From the NCBI RefSeq assembly GCF_006345805.1, contig NC_043000.1:82398001-82462000 (forward strand): a stretch of DNA of 64,000 nucleotides, given 5' to 3'. Shown here piece after piece: positions 41,466 through 54,152 of this stretch. Under the pieces are notes generated by a model. It was not told the DNA's origin, made no database searches, and saw only the letters and a list, made by a program, of their open reading frames with translations. The stretch is from Octopus sinensis. Taxonomy: Eukaryota. Numbering within the stretch: position 1 is the stretch's first letter; the number at the start of each line of letters is the position of its first letter. The position numbers were made by a program, and so were the translations under genes.

Positions 41466-42487
41466 TGTGTAGATTTGTATGTTTTGTTTTATGCTTGTAT
41501 TCTCATGTATATAGTTGCATATCTAGACATGTGCACAGATGTTTTACAGATTTTTACAGTTCCAGTGATGGACTGGATCTGTAGTCTTTGAATTAGCTTT
41601 CTCATTCTTGGTTTAGAGAAGCGTAATCTCTTAAGATTGGTATTTAGGCTGTGTGTTACATAAACCAGAGTCCCAATAATTACTGGTATAAACCTGAACT
41701 TGTAATCTGGATAGAGTAACTGCAGATTTCTCAATAGTTCAGCGTAGGTATTTTCTTTTTCACTGATCTTCAGCTTTATGTTAACATCTGCTGGGCAGCT
41801 AATTTCCACAACTGTACACAGTTTCTCTTCTCTATCCCAAATCCTTATATCAGGTCTGTTTTGCTTACATTTTATTGTGGTTTTCACAGGGACATTCCAC
41901 AAGTACTCCTTTTTATTATGAGTGGCTATGGCTTCTACCATACTGTGGGTTCTTATTTCTTTGTCTCCGTAATTATCCTTCCGACAGATTTCATTATAGT
42001 GTGTCCTAGCTACAACACCATGTCTCATCGGTAGATAATACCGTGATGACATTTTCGGACAAATGCTTATGATTTGGGTGATGTCTTCGGTATTAACTCC
42101 TTAAAGTCTGCATCGCTTGTCACATTTTACTGCTTTTCCTACATCTCTATCCCTTTTGTGCATCAGGTATTTGGTTGATATTTTCTGTTCCTGGATTGCA
42201 AAAGCATACCCTTCCTTCAAAGTGCGAGGTAGTAATCCGGCTATTGGTTTATGATAGACTGCTTTGATGATTATTGTAACTATCATCTCGGAACTTTCTA
42301 CTAACATATCCATGCATAGTCTTCTTCTCATTCAGGCTCATCTTTTCATCTGATGATGTGTTGTGGTAGGGTCGTGCGACTTCTTTAGGCATATATTTAA
42401 GGTTATCAGACAAGGAATGTTGCTCAAGTAGCTGCTTTCCAAGTCTTATGATGTTATCAGCCTTATTTATGCAAACCTGGTTAAAGG

Positions 42488-42489
<2 letters not shown>
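41466..42489 (-). mobile_element. 5'-truncated R4/Dong-clade LINE (CCHC knuckle region and restriction-like endonuclease)
   Basis: EGYAFAIQEQ, CDKRCRL, SRYYLPMRHGVVA, NRPDIRIWD...VVEISCPAD.N...EKENTY (PD-D/ExK), GTVKICK; flanked on both sides by (TATG)n. Confidence 0.88.
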
Positions 42490-42518
<29 letters not shown>

Positions 42519-43028
42519 TGTATGTATGTATTTATGTGTTTATATCTCCTTCACTTCTTCTCTCTGCATTTATCGATTTCGTAAAACTGCGATTATCCAT
42601 GGGCCCTCAGCTCTTTCAGGGGTGATAGAGATAAAATCGTGACATACGGCATGTTATGGGTATGTATGACTTGATGGAGGTCATCTGTCTACAAGCGAAT
42701 TTCTCCCAGAATGATAGAGGAAGAGACAGGCAGAAAAAGGAGGTGTGAGAAAGAGAAGACATGTTCGACCAAGCCCTCAGAGCGGTGCCCCAGCGTGGCC
42801 GTAGTCCAATGACTGACGCAAGAGAAAGATAAAAGATATAGATATATATGTAGGTATAAAAAAAACTTTCAGGAACAATAATAGTTTATTGACGTAGAAG
42901 GTTGTCGGCTTTTCCCATATGGAAATTCGTTAAGCTGATCGATAAGTTCGATAGTTCACGGTTAGCAACTAGGGTTGCTACGAATGCGAATAAAAATCAA
43001 AATCAAGCGAGTGGATCAGGTAAAATCC

Positions 43029-43230
43029 AGGCTACATATCTTTCCTAGCTATCAGATCTTCGGAAGTAATAATTACGCAACGAGGAGTACTCCACTAGCG
43101 ACTCATCAGGCCGAAGATACCTTTGTTAGATGAAGGTTACATTGTCGTCAAGGAATCCCGTGTTAACTTGCCTGAGATACAATTACAATTATTACTTCCG
43201 AGGATTTGCTAGTTAGGAAACCTGTAGCCT
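43029..43230. mobile_element. MITE-like inverted repeat element
   Basis: 43041-43074 versus the reverse complement of 43187-43220: 34 bp with 4 mismatches, extendable to AGGCTACA/TGTAGCCT. Confidence 0.55.
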
Positions 43231-43275
43231 GCTCCACTCCCTTGTGTGTATGTGTGTGCGTATCTGAGTGTGTGT

Positions 43276-44550
43276 TATGAGGAGATAACCAAAAGAAACC
43301 GGAACTTTGCAATACTATTTTTTATTCACCTACTTTTACATGTTTACACTTTTATCGTCTTCAAAGTATTCTCCATTTCAAACAATGTATTGGTCCAGAC
43401 ACATTTTCTACTGTTCGAAACAGTCCTGGAACTCTTGCAGAGTGATACCTTTTAACCCCTTCGTCGTTTTTTTCTTCAGTTCTTCCACATCTGCAAAACG
43501 TTTTCCTTTAAGGACTTTTTTTCATTTGGGGGAACAGAAACAAAAGTCAGGGAACAAGCTCGAGTGAATAAGGAGGGTGAGGAAGCGAGGTCATGCCATT
43601 TTTGACAAAAACTTCTCACACTCAAGGCGGTGTGCGCAGGTGCATTGTCGCGATGAAACCACCACTCTCCACTTTCCCACAGGTCGGAGTATTTTCGTCT
43701 CACCGCGTCTTGCAAACGCTTCAGAACTGCCAAGTAAAATGTCTTGTTAAAAGTTCGACCAGAAGGAACAAATTCTGTGTGAACAATTCCTTTCGCATCG
43801 GTGAACTTCACTTGCCGCGCTTTTGTTGGGTGCGGTGACATTGAATACTTCCATTGACTTGATTGCTACTTCGCTTCCGGGTCGTAACTGTAGCACCGAC
43901 TTTCGTCACCAGTGACGACTTTGGAAAAAAGGTTCGGATCATCTTCCAACTGTTCTTTCAGTTCACGACAAGCATTCGGTCGTGGCTGCTTTTGATCAAC
44001 CACGAGCAAATTTTGCTGCAACTCTTTTCATTGGCAATTCCTCGCTCAAAATTCGTTGGCAGGAGCTCCAGAACACACCAGTCATATCAAGTTCATCAAT
44101 TGTTCGGCGACGGTCCTCCAAGATCAGTTCATGAATTTGTATGATGTTTTCATTCGTTCGGGAGGTCGACGGTCGTCCTGAGCGAGGTTGGTCTTCAAGC
44201 GACAAGTGACCATCCCTAAAGCGTGAAAACCACTCGTAAACTTGTTTTGCTTATTGCTGCATCCTTGCAAACCGTTTGAAGCATAACAACTGTTTCAGCC
44301 AACGTTTTCACTAGCAGATAAGAGAATTTCACGGAAGCAAACTGTTCCTTCGTTTCAGCCATCGCAAAAATCGAGGAACAGAGGAGAAGCACTCCAAAAG
44401 AAAGACGCACCACATGGCAGTACAACTTCAGTGGACGCCGGTTGGTAGGCTGAGGATTGTATCAAGTGGGTTCAGCAGTGGAAGCTTGGACTACTGGACC
44501 ACAACGGGCATGTCCCACATAGTACATTTCCGGATACTTTTGAGTAATCC

Positions 44551-44553
<3 letters not shown>
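43276..44553 (-). mobile_element. Near full-length defective mariner transposon
   Basis: Both TIRs present (TATGAGGAGATAACCAAAAGAAACCGGAA and TTCCGGATACTTTTGAGTAATCCATA); MAETKEQFASVKF, SLEDQPRSGRP, KRVAAKF, VVTGDES, WWFHRDNAPAH and PHPPYS motifs; frameshifts and deletions. Confidence 0.93.
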
Positions 44554-44582
<29 letters not shown>

Positions 44583-44589
44583 ATATATA

Positions 44590-44655
<66 letters not shown>

Positions 44656-44669
44656 TATATATTATATAT

Positions 44670-46087
44670 TATATAGACCTGTGTGTATTTGCTTTTCACG
44701 CAGAAACAGCTGCACGAATTTGTGCCATACTTGGGATGCATGAATAATTTGACCTGGGATACAATAATCTGGTCTTGATTTATTTTTGTATTAAAAATAA
44801 ATAATATTGCTTTATATAAGATTAACTTCTTTGAAAAGGATTTTCATTGTCAACTTCCAGTACTGACGTAGCAACTACGGCTAGCTAGACACGCACACAT
44901 GTATGTCTGACGTAGCAACTCCTCTTCCTTCTTCACCCTCCGTCTCACTCTTCTTCCTTCTTCACTCTCTCTCTCTCTCTCTCTTATTCCTTATTCACAC
45001 ACACTCTCTCTCTCTCACACACACACATACACTTCCCTCTCTTCCTTCCTCACTCTATGAATAACTCAACTTCTTTCGATTTTACAAATATCTATTTTTA
45101 ATACCTGGGAGGCACGTTCCCTATCTAACTTCTCACTGTACTTCCCCTCTTTCTACCTCTTACTCTATCATCCTCTCTTCATTCCGTCAACCATTTTCTC
45201 TAGTGTTTACCGTTGTAACGATTTTTGGTACCAAAAGAATTATTACAGCTACTTTCATTGTCTACATCCTTCCGTACCGCCTCTCTTTCTACCTCTTACT
45301 CTATCATTCTCTCTTCATTCCGTCAACCATTCTGTCTAGCGTTTACCGTTGTAACGATTTCTGGTACAAAAAATATTATTACAGCTACTTTCATTGTTTA
45401 CAATCTTCTATACTGGTGTATTTGTGTATCTGTAAATAACTAGCTAGAAGAAAGGTGTCAAATTTTTCTCTAGTGTCAAGGTCAGCCAAAAGACTGTCTC
45501 TGTCGAGGGAAAGAGGGTTAGCTGAAAAAAAAGGAAGCACGCCAAGAAAGAAACAGACTGTGCACTTCAGCAGCCAGAGCATCAGAGAATGATGTGAGTA
45601 GAGTTGTGCATAAAAAAAAAAAAATGAAAACAGTTGCGTACTGGTGCTGCCCGAGCAGCTAAAAGTGCTGAACAGAGGTATGCACGCCTGACAAGGAATA
45701 GGATCTCCACTGCAGAAAGAAGAGCAGTTACAACAGCTCGGAGAAGCAACTTCTATGAAGCAGCTTTCAACTATGATCCAGCAGTTAATTATGCAGATGA
45801 CACTAAAGTTACCACTGGTGCATGACAAATGAAGGTACACACTGTAAAGCAAAAAAGTGACCTGGAGAGACGTTGGACTGTACTGATGTGCTGGAAAGGT
45901 TAAACTCCCTGCAATGCACCGTCCTCCATAGCCACGAATAATATGTCCATGTAACGTGCAGACGTGTAAAACCATTGAGTGTTAAAAGTATTACTTTCTG
46001 AGAAATACACTAATCTTACACTACAAGCAAAGAGTACTGTATTAAGGCTATGAGTATATAAGCCGAGTGAAACCGGGTCTTTCTGCT

Positions 46088-46089
<2 letters not shown>
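44670..46089 (+). mobile_element. Non-autonomous Helitron
   Basis: Rep/Hel N-terminal remnant AFNYDPAVNYADDTKVTTGA..CTHCKAKK..GET..C.GKVKLP...PP at about 45750-45935; internal approximately 130-bp tandem duplication at 45147-45410; 3' hairpin-like GCCGAGTGAAACCGGG followed by CTTG (decayed CTAG) at 46086-46089. Confidence 0.8.
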
Positions 46090-46129
<40 letters not shown>

Positions 46130-46386
46130 AGATAAGAAAATGGAGAAATACATCTAAATCAAATATCAATTACCAGATGATACTCAATCACATACGTTAT
46201 TAAACCACCACATAAGAGACTGTAGGGTTAAATATAAAAAGCAGAACAAATCAGTGTACATAAGGAATGTACATAAAAAAGTGTACATAAAAGAGTAATG
46301 TTGTATAATAAGTAGAATATATATAAGCAGTATATTGGATATATGTTATCCCATGGAGGGTTGCATTTACAACCCCTATCTCAATT

Positions 46387-46423
<37 letters not shown>

Positions 46424-46430
46424 ATATATA

Positions 46431-46518
<88 letters not shown>

Positions 46519-46610
46519 ATAAGATCGTTAATTTAAAACCTTCAAAGGTAATAATTTAAAGTCAGTTTTGACTGCTAATTTCTGCGTGGTGGTATCTCTT
46601 AAATTCCCTA

Positions 46611-47029
46611 AATTATAATTTATATATATATAGGAGTAACAACCGAAGGATAGGTGCCAATTCATTATAGCCGTTTCTAACGAATTATTTAATTGATCAA
46701 TGAATACATTATATCATTATAAAAAACCGCTTCCATCAGATGAATACAAGAATTTTACAATCAAGGATATTTAAAAGATTTTTAAAATCCACAGCACATA
46801 CATATTTGGTGAATCCACGATCCACGCTTACCAGCCAAATATGTATGTGCCGTGAATTTAAAAATTTTCTAAACGTCCTTCATTGTAAAATCCATGTATT
46901 CATCTGGTGAAAAAGGTTTTTTTTTTTTTTTCATAATAATATAATGTACCCATTGATCAATTTTAAAATTCTTTAGAAATGGCTGTAATGAATTGACATC
47001 CATCGGTTGTTACTTATTTATTTATAATT
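46611..47029. repeat. Approximately 420-bp imperfect fold-back palindrome
   Basis: 46611-46809 pairs with 46835-47029 (e.g. AGTAACAACCGA, CCAATTCATTATAGCC, AATTGATCAATG, CAGATGAATAC, GCACATACATATTTGG); 25-nt loop. Confidence 0.9.
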
Positions 47030-47995
47030 CACCTCTCCCGGAACCTGCCCCTCGCATGTGCCGAAGCATATTATGGACCATATATTTAATAAAATGTGCG
47101 TTTCTGAATAGCTCAAGAGCTGATGACATACTCAGTTGAGTTCAATTAATTGCATATATAAGCTGAATATCCTTCTGCCAGTGCTTCTGTACCTATGTTG
47201 GTATTCGTCTATAATTGCTGTGTATACAATTTATTCTGACCTAACCCGGTACCTTACCATTAAGTACCTTATTCAACTGAATCTTGATATAGATTAGAAA
47301 AACAGCCGACAGCTGATGAAGGGGCGTTCTTTATGTTGCTTGTCTTGTTTTCTATTTGTTTCTTTCGTTGTTCGCAAAAAAAAGTTCATATTCCATGTAT
47401 TCGTATTTCGTATTTTATGTTGTTTACGTCTGTGACGTCCTGTGCCTACATATGCATATGTATATATGTAAGTATTATTTATTTTATATACACACACATA
47501 CATACACGTGTGTATGTGTGGAGAGAGAGAGGGGGCGGGAGACAATTTAGATAAACAACAGTATAAATATTTAGCTTCTGTGTGCGATTCAACATTGCAG
47601 TTATTTAGAGCTCACCAGTGGATGCCTAACTGCAACAGATCATCAGGGGAATACTTTATTACATTCTATTTCGGATATATTAGACTCAAATGATTGCAAT
47701 AGTGAAACGTATGTAGGAACTAAATATTTATACAGGCATTTATATTAGTTTACCACCGCATTTGTTCTGTATGTTATATCAAACAACATTGCTAAGTAGA
47801 ATACTCGAGTAACCGAAGCTGAGCAGATAAGGATAATCTATGTGGAGCTTTAATTCATACAGTAGCAGTCGTACACGATCCTGTTTCGAACTGACGGGAT
47901 AAGGATAATCTACGTACATACACAGTTCGATGTATGTACATATGCGTGTGTAGACAGACAGACAGATAGACATGCAGGCAGGCAGACACACAGGC

Positions 47996-48032
<37 letters not shown>

Positions 48033-48082
48033 GGCAGGCAGGCAGGCAGGCAGACAGACACACAGGCAGACATATATATATA

Positions 48083-48108
48083 TAGATAGATAGATTAGAT
48101 AGATAGAT

Positions 48109-48194
<86 letters not shown>
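48083..48194. repeat. (GATA)n microsatellite flanking the LINE 3' end
   Basis: Direct reading. Confidence 0.95.
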
Positions 48195-51078
48195 TGTTTC
48201 TTTATTAGCCACACAGGGCTGCACACAGATAGAACAAATTACAAGGTAGAGCTTTTCTTTTGAAGGTTTAAAAAAAAATAAAAATAATAATAAAATAAAA
48301 AATAAAATAAAATAAAAAAGGGGGGTCGATCAAAAGGGATCGTAAAAGGAGAGAAGGAGGACAAAAAAGGGGGGGGTTAAAAAAAAGGGGGAGAGGAAAA
48401 AAAATTGATCAATAGGGATCGTTATCACAGAAATGTCAATATGAAGTGTAAAGGGGAGGACAGGTGAGGTTTACCCGTGGAAAGAAAAGCCTACGGAAAA
48501 GACCACGGTAACCTCGGTCAATGAAGTCACATGTTATATTTCTTTTTTTTTTTTGCAAATAAGCAACTCTCTGTATTAATTTTTACGGTTCATAGAATCA
48601 TAGTCAAGGTGGCTTCGTCATTCATACGTGCCATCCTTGCTACATTCACCCATCTTTTTTTAAAACATTCACTAGACAAAACTTGCCTCTCTACTCTCAC
48701 TTTTTTCTTCAGGTGATACTTGAAGAAGTTGATGAGAGATTGACCAGAGAGGAAAGTGTTTGTCTCTAATCCTTTCAGACGCGTCCACCAGATACATTCT
48801 TTCGCCATAGCCACAAGTATGATAAAAATAGCTCTTCCTTCCCGTTTGAAGGAAGGAGGCGTGACGATATTAACGATAGACTCGGCGGATAAACCGACAC
48901 GTCCCACACGTGACAGCAGTCGTTCGACATAAGCCCACAGGTGGGAAATTGCTGGACACTGCACGATTGCGTGCAGAGCGGTTTCGTCGCTCTGCCCGCA
49001 TCTCGGGCAGGTCGGCCCCGTGTTTCTCGAGCCATGCCTATAGATCTTATCCCGAACGGGTAGCGCTTCTCGGTAGCACCGCCAGGCCAGGGATCTCTGG
49101 AAGTTGTCCATAGGTCCCGGGCCGAAAGTCGTTTGAAACAGGCGGGTCAGGTATTCCTCGTCGACGCCAGGTTTGCCCCGAGCTCGTCGTCGTACCTCCC
49201 CTCCACTAATCCCCTATAGATGCTTTGGTTGTGTTGAAGTCACTCAAGGTCGACCCGGGACGGCAGAGTTGCTTGAGAGCAACGCGACACTCGCGGTGCC
49301 ATTCGCCCTTCTTCGGCCTCTTTTTGATCCACGACTGTAGTTCGGTCATGGAGACGAGTTTGCGGAATGCGTGCCTCACAAACGGCGACCACACCTGTTC
49401 ACCGTCGTCTACATAGAGCCGGAGATGTCGCAGTCTCAGCGCGTGTCTGCACATCATCAACGATGGCATGCCCAGCCCTCCTTTTAATGGTTGTTGACAG
49501 CAAATGGATCGCCTGACCATCGGGACGCATCCTTTCCACATGAAGCGGAAGAGAATGCATTCTAGTTTGGTGATGGTAGGGTCGGAACAAGGTATGACGG
49601 TCAGACGGTAGTAGATGATGGACGCGATGTACGTGTTTGCCACCTGCGCCCGACCTTTTAGGGACAGTTTTTTCTCGGCCCATTGCCGGGCGAGAGTGAC
49701 CACCCTACTCGTTATCTCGTTCTAGTTCTTCTCCATTTGGAGGTCCGGACCGAACCAGAACCCGAGCAACTCAACCGGGCCGTCTGTCCAGCGTCCCACG
49801 ACGGAGGTACTGGTGGACGGCATGGGTTTGCTTCTCCAGGTGCCGAGCCGCAAGCCCCTGACTTTTCCCGGTTGATTTTTGCTCCTGTCACCGCACCGCT
49901 TCGTATTTTTTCAGTGTCTCGCCGACCCGCTCGATGTGCTCGTGGCTTGACACTATGACGGTGACGTCGTCCGCGTATGCAGACACGCTCGTCCCGCATC
50001 CTAATTCTCGCGGGATGCCCCTCAGAGTCGCCAGCTTCCGCAGTAGTGGCTCAAGAGTCAATACGTATAGAAGCGCCGAGAGGGGGCATCCCTGACGGAC
50101 CGAACGTGCAATGTCGAAGGGTCTCGATAGATGTCCATTTACGCGAATTACACCGAACGGATGCCTCTGTACAAGGCAGCTATCCAGCCGCGGAAGACGG
50201 GACCGAAACCAGCCGCTCTCAGGACTGCCTCCAGTATCGATGGTCTACCCTATCAAAGGCTTTCGATTGATCCAAGTTGATCAGGGCCCCACCCATGCCA
50301 GGTTCGTTAACTACCCTGTCTATGATGTAGCGCATCAGATGGAGGTTGTCATGGATGCTCCGGCCGGCACGGCGCACGTTTGTGCGTTGTCGACCATTTC
50401 TCCATGACAAGCGCCAACCTCTTGGCTAACACCTTTGTCAAAATTTTCAGGTCTGCATTGAGCAGAGTGATTGGCCTAAAGTTATCTATAATGTTTCCCT
50501 TGTTTGGATCTTTCTTCAGCAGAGTTACAGCTCCTCGACTCACAAAACCGGGTATGCTCCCGTTTTGCTGCCAGTTGCAGTATACCGCTGCAAGACGTCT
50601 CCAAACAAGTCTGGCATACAATAGTAAAATTCGTAGGGTAGACCATCCAAACCCGGTGATTTGTCCCTCGAGCATTCTGCCATCGCTTCCCGCACTTCCG
50701 CCGCGCCGTGATGGCACCTTCGCAGCACCCTGCCTTTCTTGTCGAGAGTCGTGGCAGGCTATGTAGGTAGGCACTGAAGTCTACCCTACGTTCTTGCCCT
50801 CCACTCGTCCCGAACAGTCGGGCAAAATGCTGCTGAAAGGCCTCACACATTTTACTTGGCTCGAGCAATTCGCGCCCCTGTTCATCTACCAGTGACCGAA
50901 TGGTGGCTTTGTTGCCCTGTTGCGCCTCTGCCACCCGGGCCTCTCTCGCGGCTCCAACACCTTCGTTCCTTAGAGCACGCATCCTAGCTCTGACAGCACA
51001 TCCTTCGTGTTTGGCGTTGAAGTGTTGGTCGAGGGCCAACCTCGCCGCCAAAACGTCGGATGCGATGCCGCTTCTAAT
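48195..51078 (-). mobile_element. 5'-truncated L1-clade (Tx1-like) LINE, frameshifted ORF2 RT and C-terminal zinc finger
   Basis: KSPGLDGLPYEFY, NFRPITLLNADLKIL, DNLHLMRYI, LDQSKAFDRVDH, SVRQGCPLS, YADDVTV, CPRCGQSDETALHAIVQCP; 3' UTR ending AATAAAGAAAC directly into (TCTA)n; APE domain absent. Confidence 0.95.

Positions 51079-51172
<94 letters not shown>
51079..51172. repeat. (GATA)n microsatellite flanking the LINE 5' end
   Basis: Direct reading. Confidence 0.95.
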
Positions 51173-51174
<2 letters not shown>

Positions 51175-51227
51175 TGAGATATATGGTTGTGTATGTCTAC
51201 GTCTACGTATTCTTATGTTTTGTGCAA

Positions 51228-51840
51228 AGGCAGCGAGCTTGCAGAAACGTTAGCACGCCGGGCGAAATGCTTAACGATATTTCGTCTGTCTTAGTTCAAA
51301 TTCTACCGAGGTTGACTTTGCCTTTCATCCTTTCGGAGTCGATAAACTAAGTACCAGTTGTGTACTGGGGTCGGTCTAACCGACTGGAGCCCTCCCCCGA
51401 AATTCGTGCCTTGTGCTTAGAGTAGAAAAGAATCGTTAGCATGCCGGGCAAAATACCTATTTCTTTATTACCCACAAGGGGCTAAACACAGAGAAGAGAA
51501 GCAAGGACAGACAAACGGATTAAGTCGATTACATCGACACCAGTGCGTAACTGGTACTTAATTTATCGACCCCGAAAGGATGAGAGGCAAAGTCGACCTC
51601 GGCGGAATTTGAACTCAGAACGCAGCGGCGGACGAAATACCACAAAGCATTTCGCCCGGCGTGCTAACGTTTCTGCCGTTCGTCTTTAGGTCCTTGAGTT
51701 CAAATTCCGCTGAGGTCGACATTCCCTTTTATCCTTTTGGGGGTCGATAAAATAAATAGCGGTTGAACATTAGACTCGATGTAAACGACTTATCACCTTC
51801 GCCGAAATTGCTGGCCTTGTGCCAAAATTTGAAACCACTT
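51228..51840. mobile_element. Nest of three family B SINEs (two plus-strand, one minus-strand copy inserted at about 51455-51677)
   Basis: Heads at 51228 and about 51429; inverted copy CTATTTCTTTATTACCCACAAGGGG...GTGCTAACGTTTCTGCC splits the second. Confidence 0.8.
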
Positions 51841-52699
51841 TTATGTTTTGTACAGTGCTTGTGAGGAACGTATGTAAGCTATTGTTATATATACTTAGGT
51901 AGAATGTACTCGTGTCACCTATGTATACACACGCGAGAACACCTTCCGCCTGTACAATCATTTCGACTCACTTTTATATTGCCCCCCCCCACACACACAC
52001 ACATACACATACACAAGCGACTTAATATTGGAGTGCATAGCTAATAGCAGGGGAGGTGTGACAGAGTGTGCACCTTCTCACCTTCTCACCGTCTTTCCGC
52101 AGGACAATACTACAATAGACAACAAGGGTATTATACCCGGTTGGGTAAATGGGTATGATGGGTGTGGAGTGGAATTATGGGTGGGGGATGGAGGGGGATA
52201 CGAGATTGTTGCAATAGTAGCTGCTGCCAGCTGATTATTGCAACCCAGATCTACCCGCACCCCACCTCCGCTACCGTACCCGACATTAATCGCCGCCTAC
52301 CCGGCTGTGATCTCATTCGTGAACCGTATAACCTGCTTGAAAGAATTTCGAGCAGCCAGCGTAGGTAGGCGTCGAGATACGTTCACAGCTAAAACCGGCT
52401 GCTGGGTCAGAGGTGAGTGGGAGGGCTTGGAGTAGGCGGGGTGGATTAAGGGTGACGAGTACGTGTGGCAGGTATAAAACTGGTGGTGGGAAACAGGTCA
52501 CCGGTAGTGGGTGGCTGAAGGTGCGAAAGAGTACATACGTACGGATGTATGCATTCACGACACATATAATCACACAATATATGTGGAGGGATTTTTACAC
52601 GTGTGTATGTGTGTGTCTGAGTCTGTGTCTGTCTCTGTGTGTCTGTGTCTGTGTGTGCGTGTTTGTGTGTGTGTATGTGTTTACCTACGTGTGTATGTA

Positions 52700-52900
52700 T
52701 ATCTTTAATCTTTTAATGATTCAGTCATTAGACTGTGCTCATGCTGGGGCATCACCTGGAAATTTGAATCGAACGAAGCAACCCCTGTACTTTTATCTTT
52801 TAAGTCTGCCACTTATGTTTCATGTTGCTTCTGCCGAACAGCTAAGATTTGGGGACGTAAACACAGACACAAAGACACAGATTTATACACACACACATAC
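52700..52900 (-). mobile_element. SINE family A 3' half
   Basis: TTCAGTCATTAGACTGTGCTCATGCTGGGGCA...GCCGAACAGCTAAG..GGGGACGTAAACAC. Confidence 0.65.
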
Positions 52901-52931
52901 ATATGTATGTGTACATACACACCCATGTATG

Positions 52932-52962
<31 letters not shown>

Positions 52963-53206
52963 CCTTCGAAACGTTTAGTAGATGAAACCTTAGCGACTGA
53001 AGAAGGGGATTTTTCGTTGTGCTTATTGTCCTGTATCTCTCTTTTTTTTGCTTGTCTTGTTCCTTGGTTTGTGTCTATGTGTTTCGTCTCTCTATGTGTT
53101 CGACGTCTTTTTGGTGTCCTGTACACATATATGCGTGTATATGTACATGTAGAGGTAGGTACGTACATATATGTTTATATATATGCATATGTTCTATTTT
53201 ATTAAC

Positions 53207-53237
<31 letters not shown>

Positions 53238-53897
53238 CGTTTTTGCATTTGGTTTGCAAAATTCTTTATGTGATTTCGTGTGTTGAAGCATATCTTATTG
53301 TGTCTGGGGAGAGTCATTCTCTTTTAGCGCTTTAATTCATTTAACACACACACCGGTCCGATTTCCAGTCATTTACTTATTTATTTTTATTAAACTCTTC
53401 GTTGCAACTTCCAACCTTTTCAATAGTCCTTGACTCGGTCAGTTACCGGAATTGCGTTTTTTGTACGCATGCGTGTGCGTTAGTGAGCGTATGCATACAC
53501 ATATGCACGTTTGTATGTATGCATTCTACATGTTTGTGTGTATGCATGCACGTGTGTGTGTATGCGCATATATATGTACGCATGTGTGCACGTTTGTATG
53601 TATGTATTCTGCATATCCATGTGCTTGCGTGTTCATGTTTGTGTGTTTGTGTTTGTGTGTGTGTGTGTGTGTGCGCGCACGTGTCTGTCTGACTGTCTGT
53701 CTATATGTGTGTGTGTTTCTGTGTGTACCTCTGTCTCGTTGTGTGTATATTTGAGTGTGTCTGTGTTTGGGTTTGTGTGACTATGTATGTGCGTCTGTTA
53801 TGTATGGATGTGTGTCTCCATATGTGTCCTTGTGTGAAGTATGCGTGTGTGTATATGGTCATGTGATTCAGTCTTCATTTGTATGTATGTATGTATG

Positions 53898-53928
<31 letters not shown>

Positions 53929-54152
53929 GTGTGTATGTGTGTCTTTGTGCCCGTCTGTCCATATTATCTATGTACCTATCTATGTGTATATCAACCTGTC
54001 CATATGCGTATCCATTTACCCACATATATACATTTACATATACACACAAGCACACACACACAGACACATACACCTACACACACATACGCCTACATAACGA
54101 CCTACTAACAACATCTGTGCATATATAAACTGTGGGTATGGGGGTATGACAT

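Noticed and set aside
43070-43112. Minus-strand CTGATGAG inside the inverted-repeat element
   Set aside because: No downstream GAAA or closing stems.
47590-47650. Minus-strand CTGATGA followed by a 9-bp hairpin (TTGCAGTTA/TAACTGCAA)
   Set aside because: No GAAA in register and no stems I or III; not a supportable hammerhead.
52966-53025. CTTCGAAACGTT and CTGAAGAAGGGG hammerhead-like pieces
   Set aside because: Pieces are in the wrong order or incomplete; too decayed to call.
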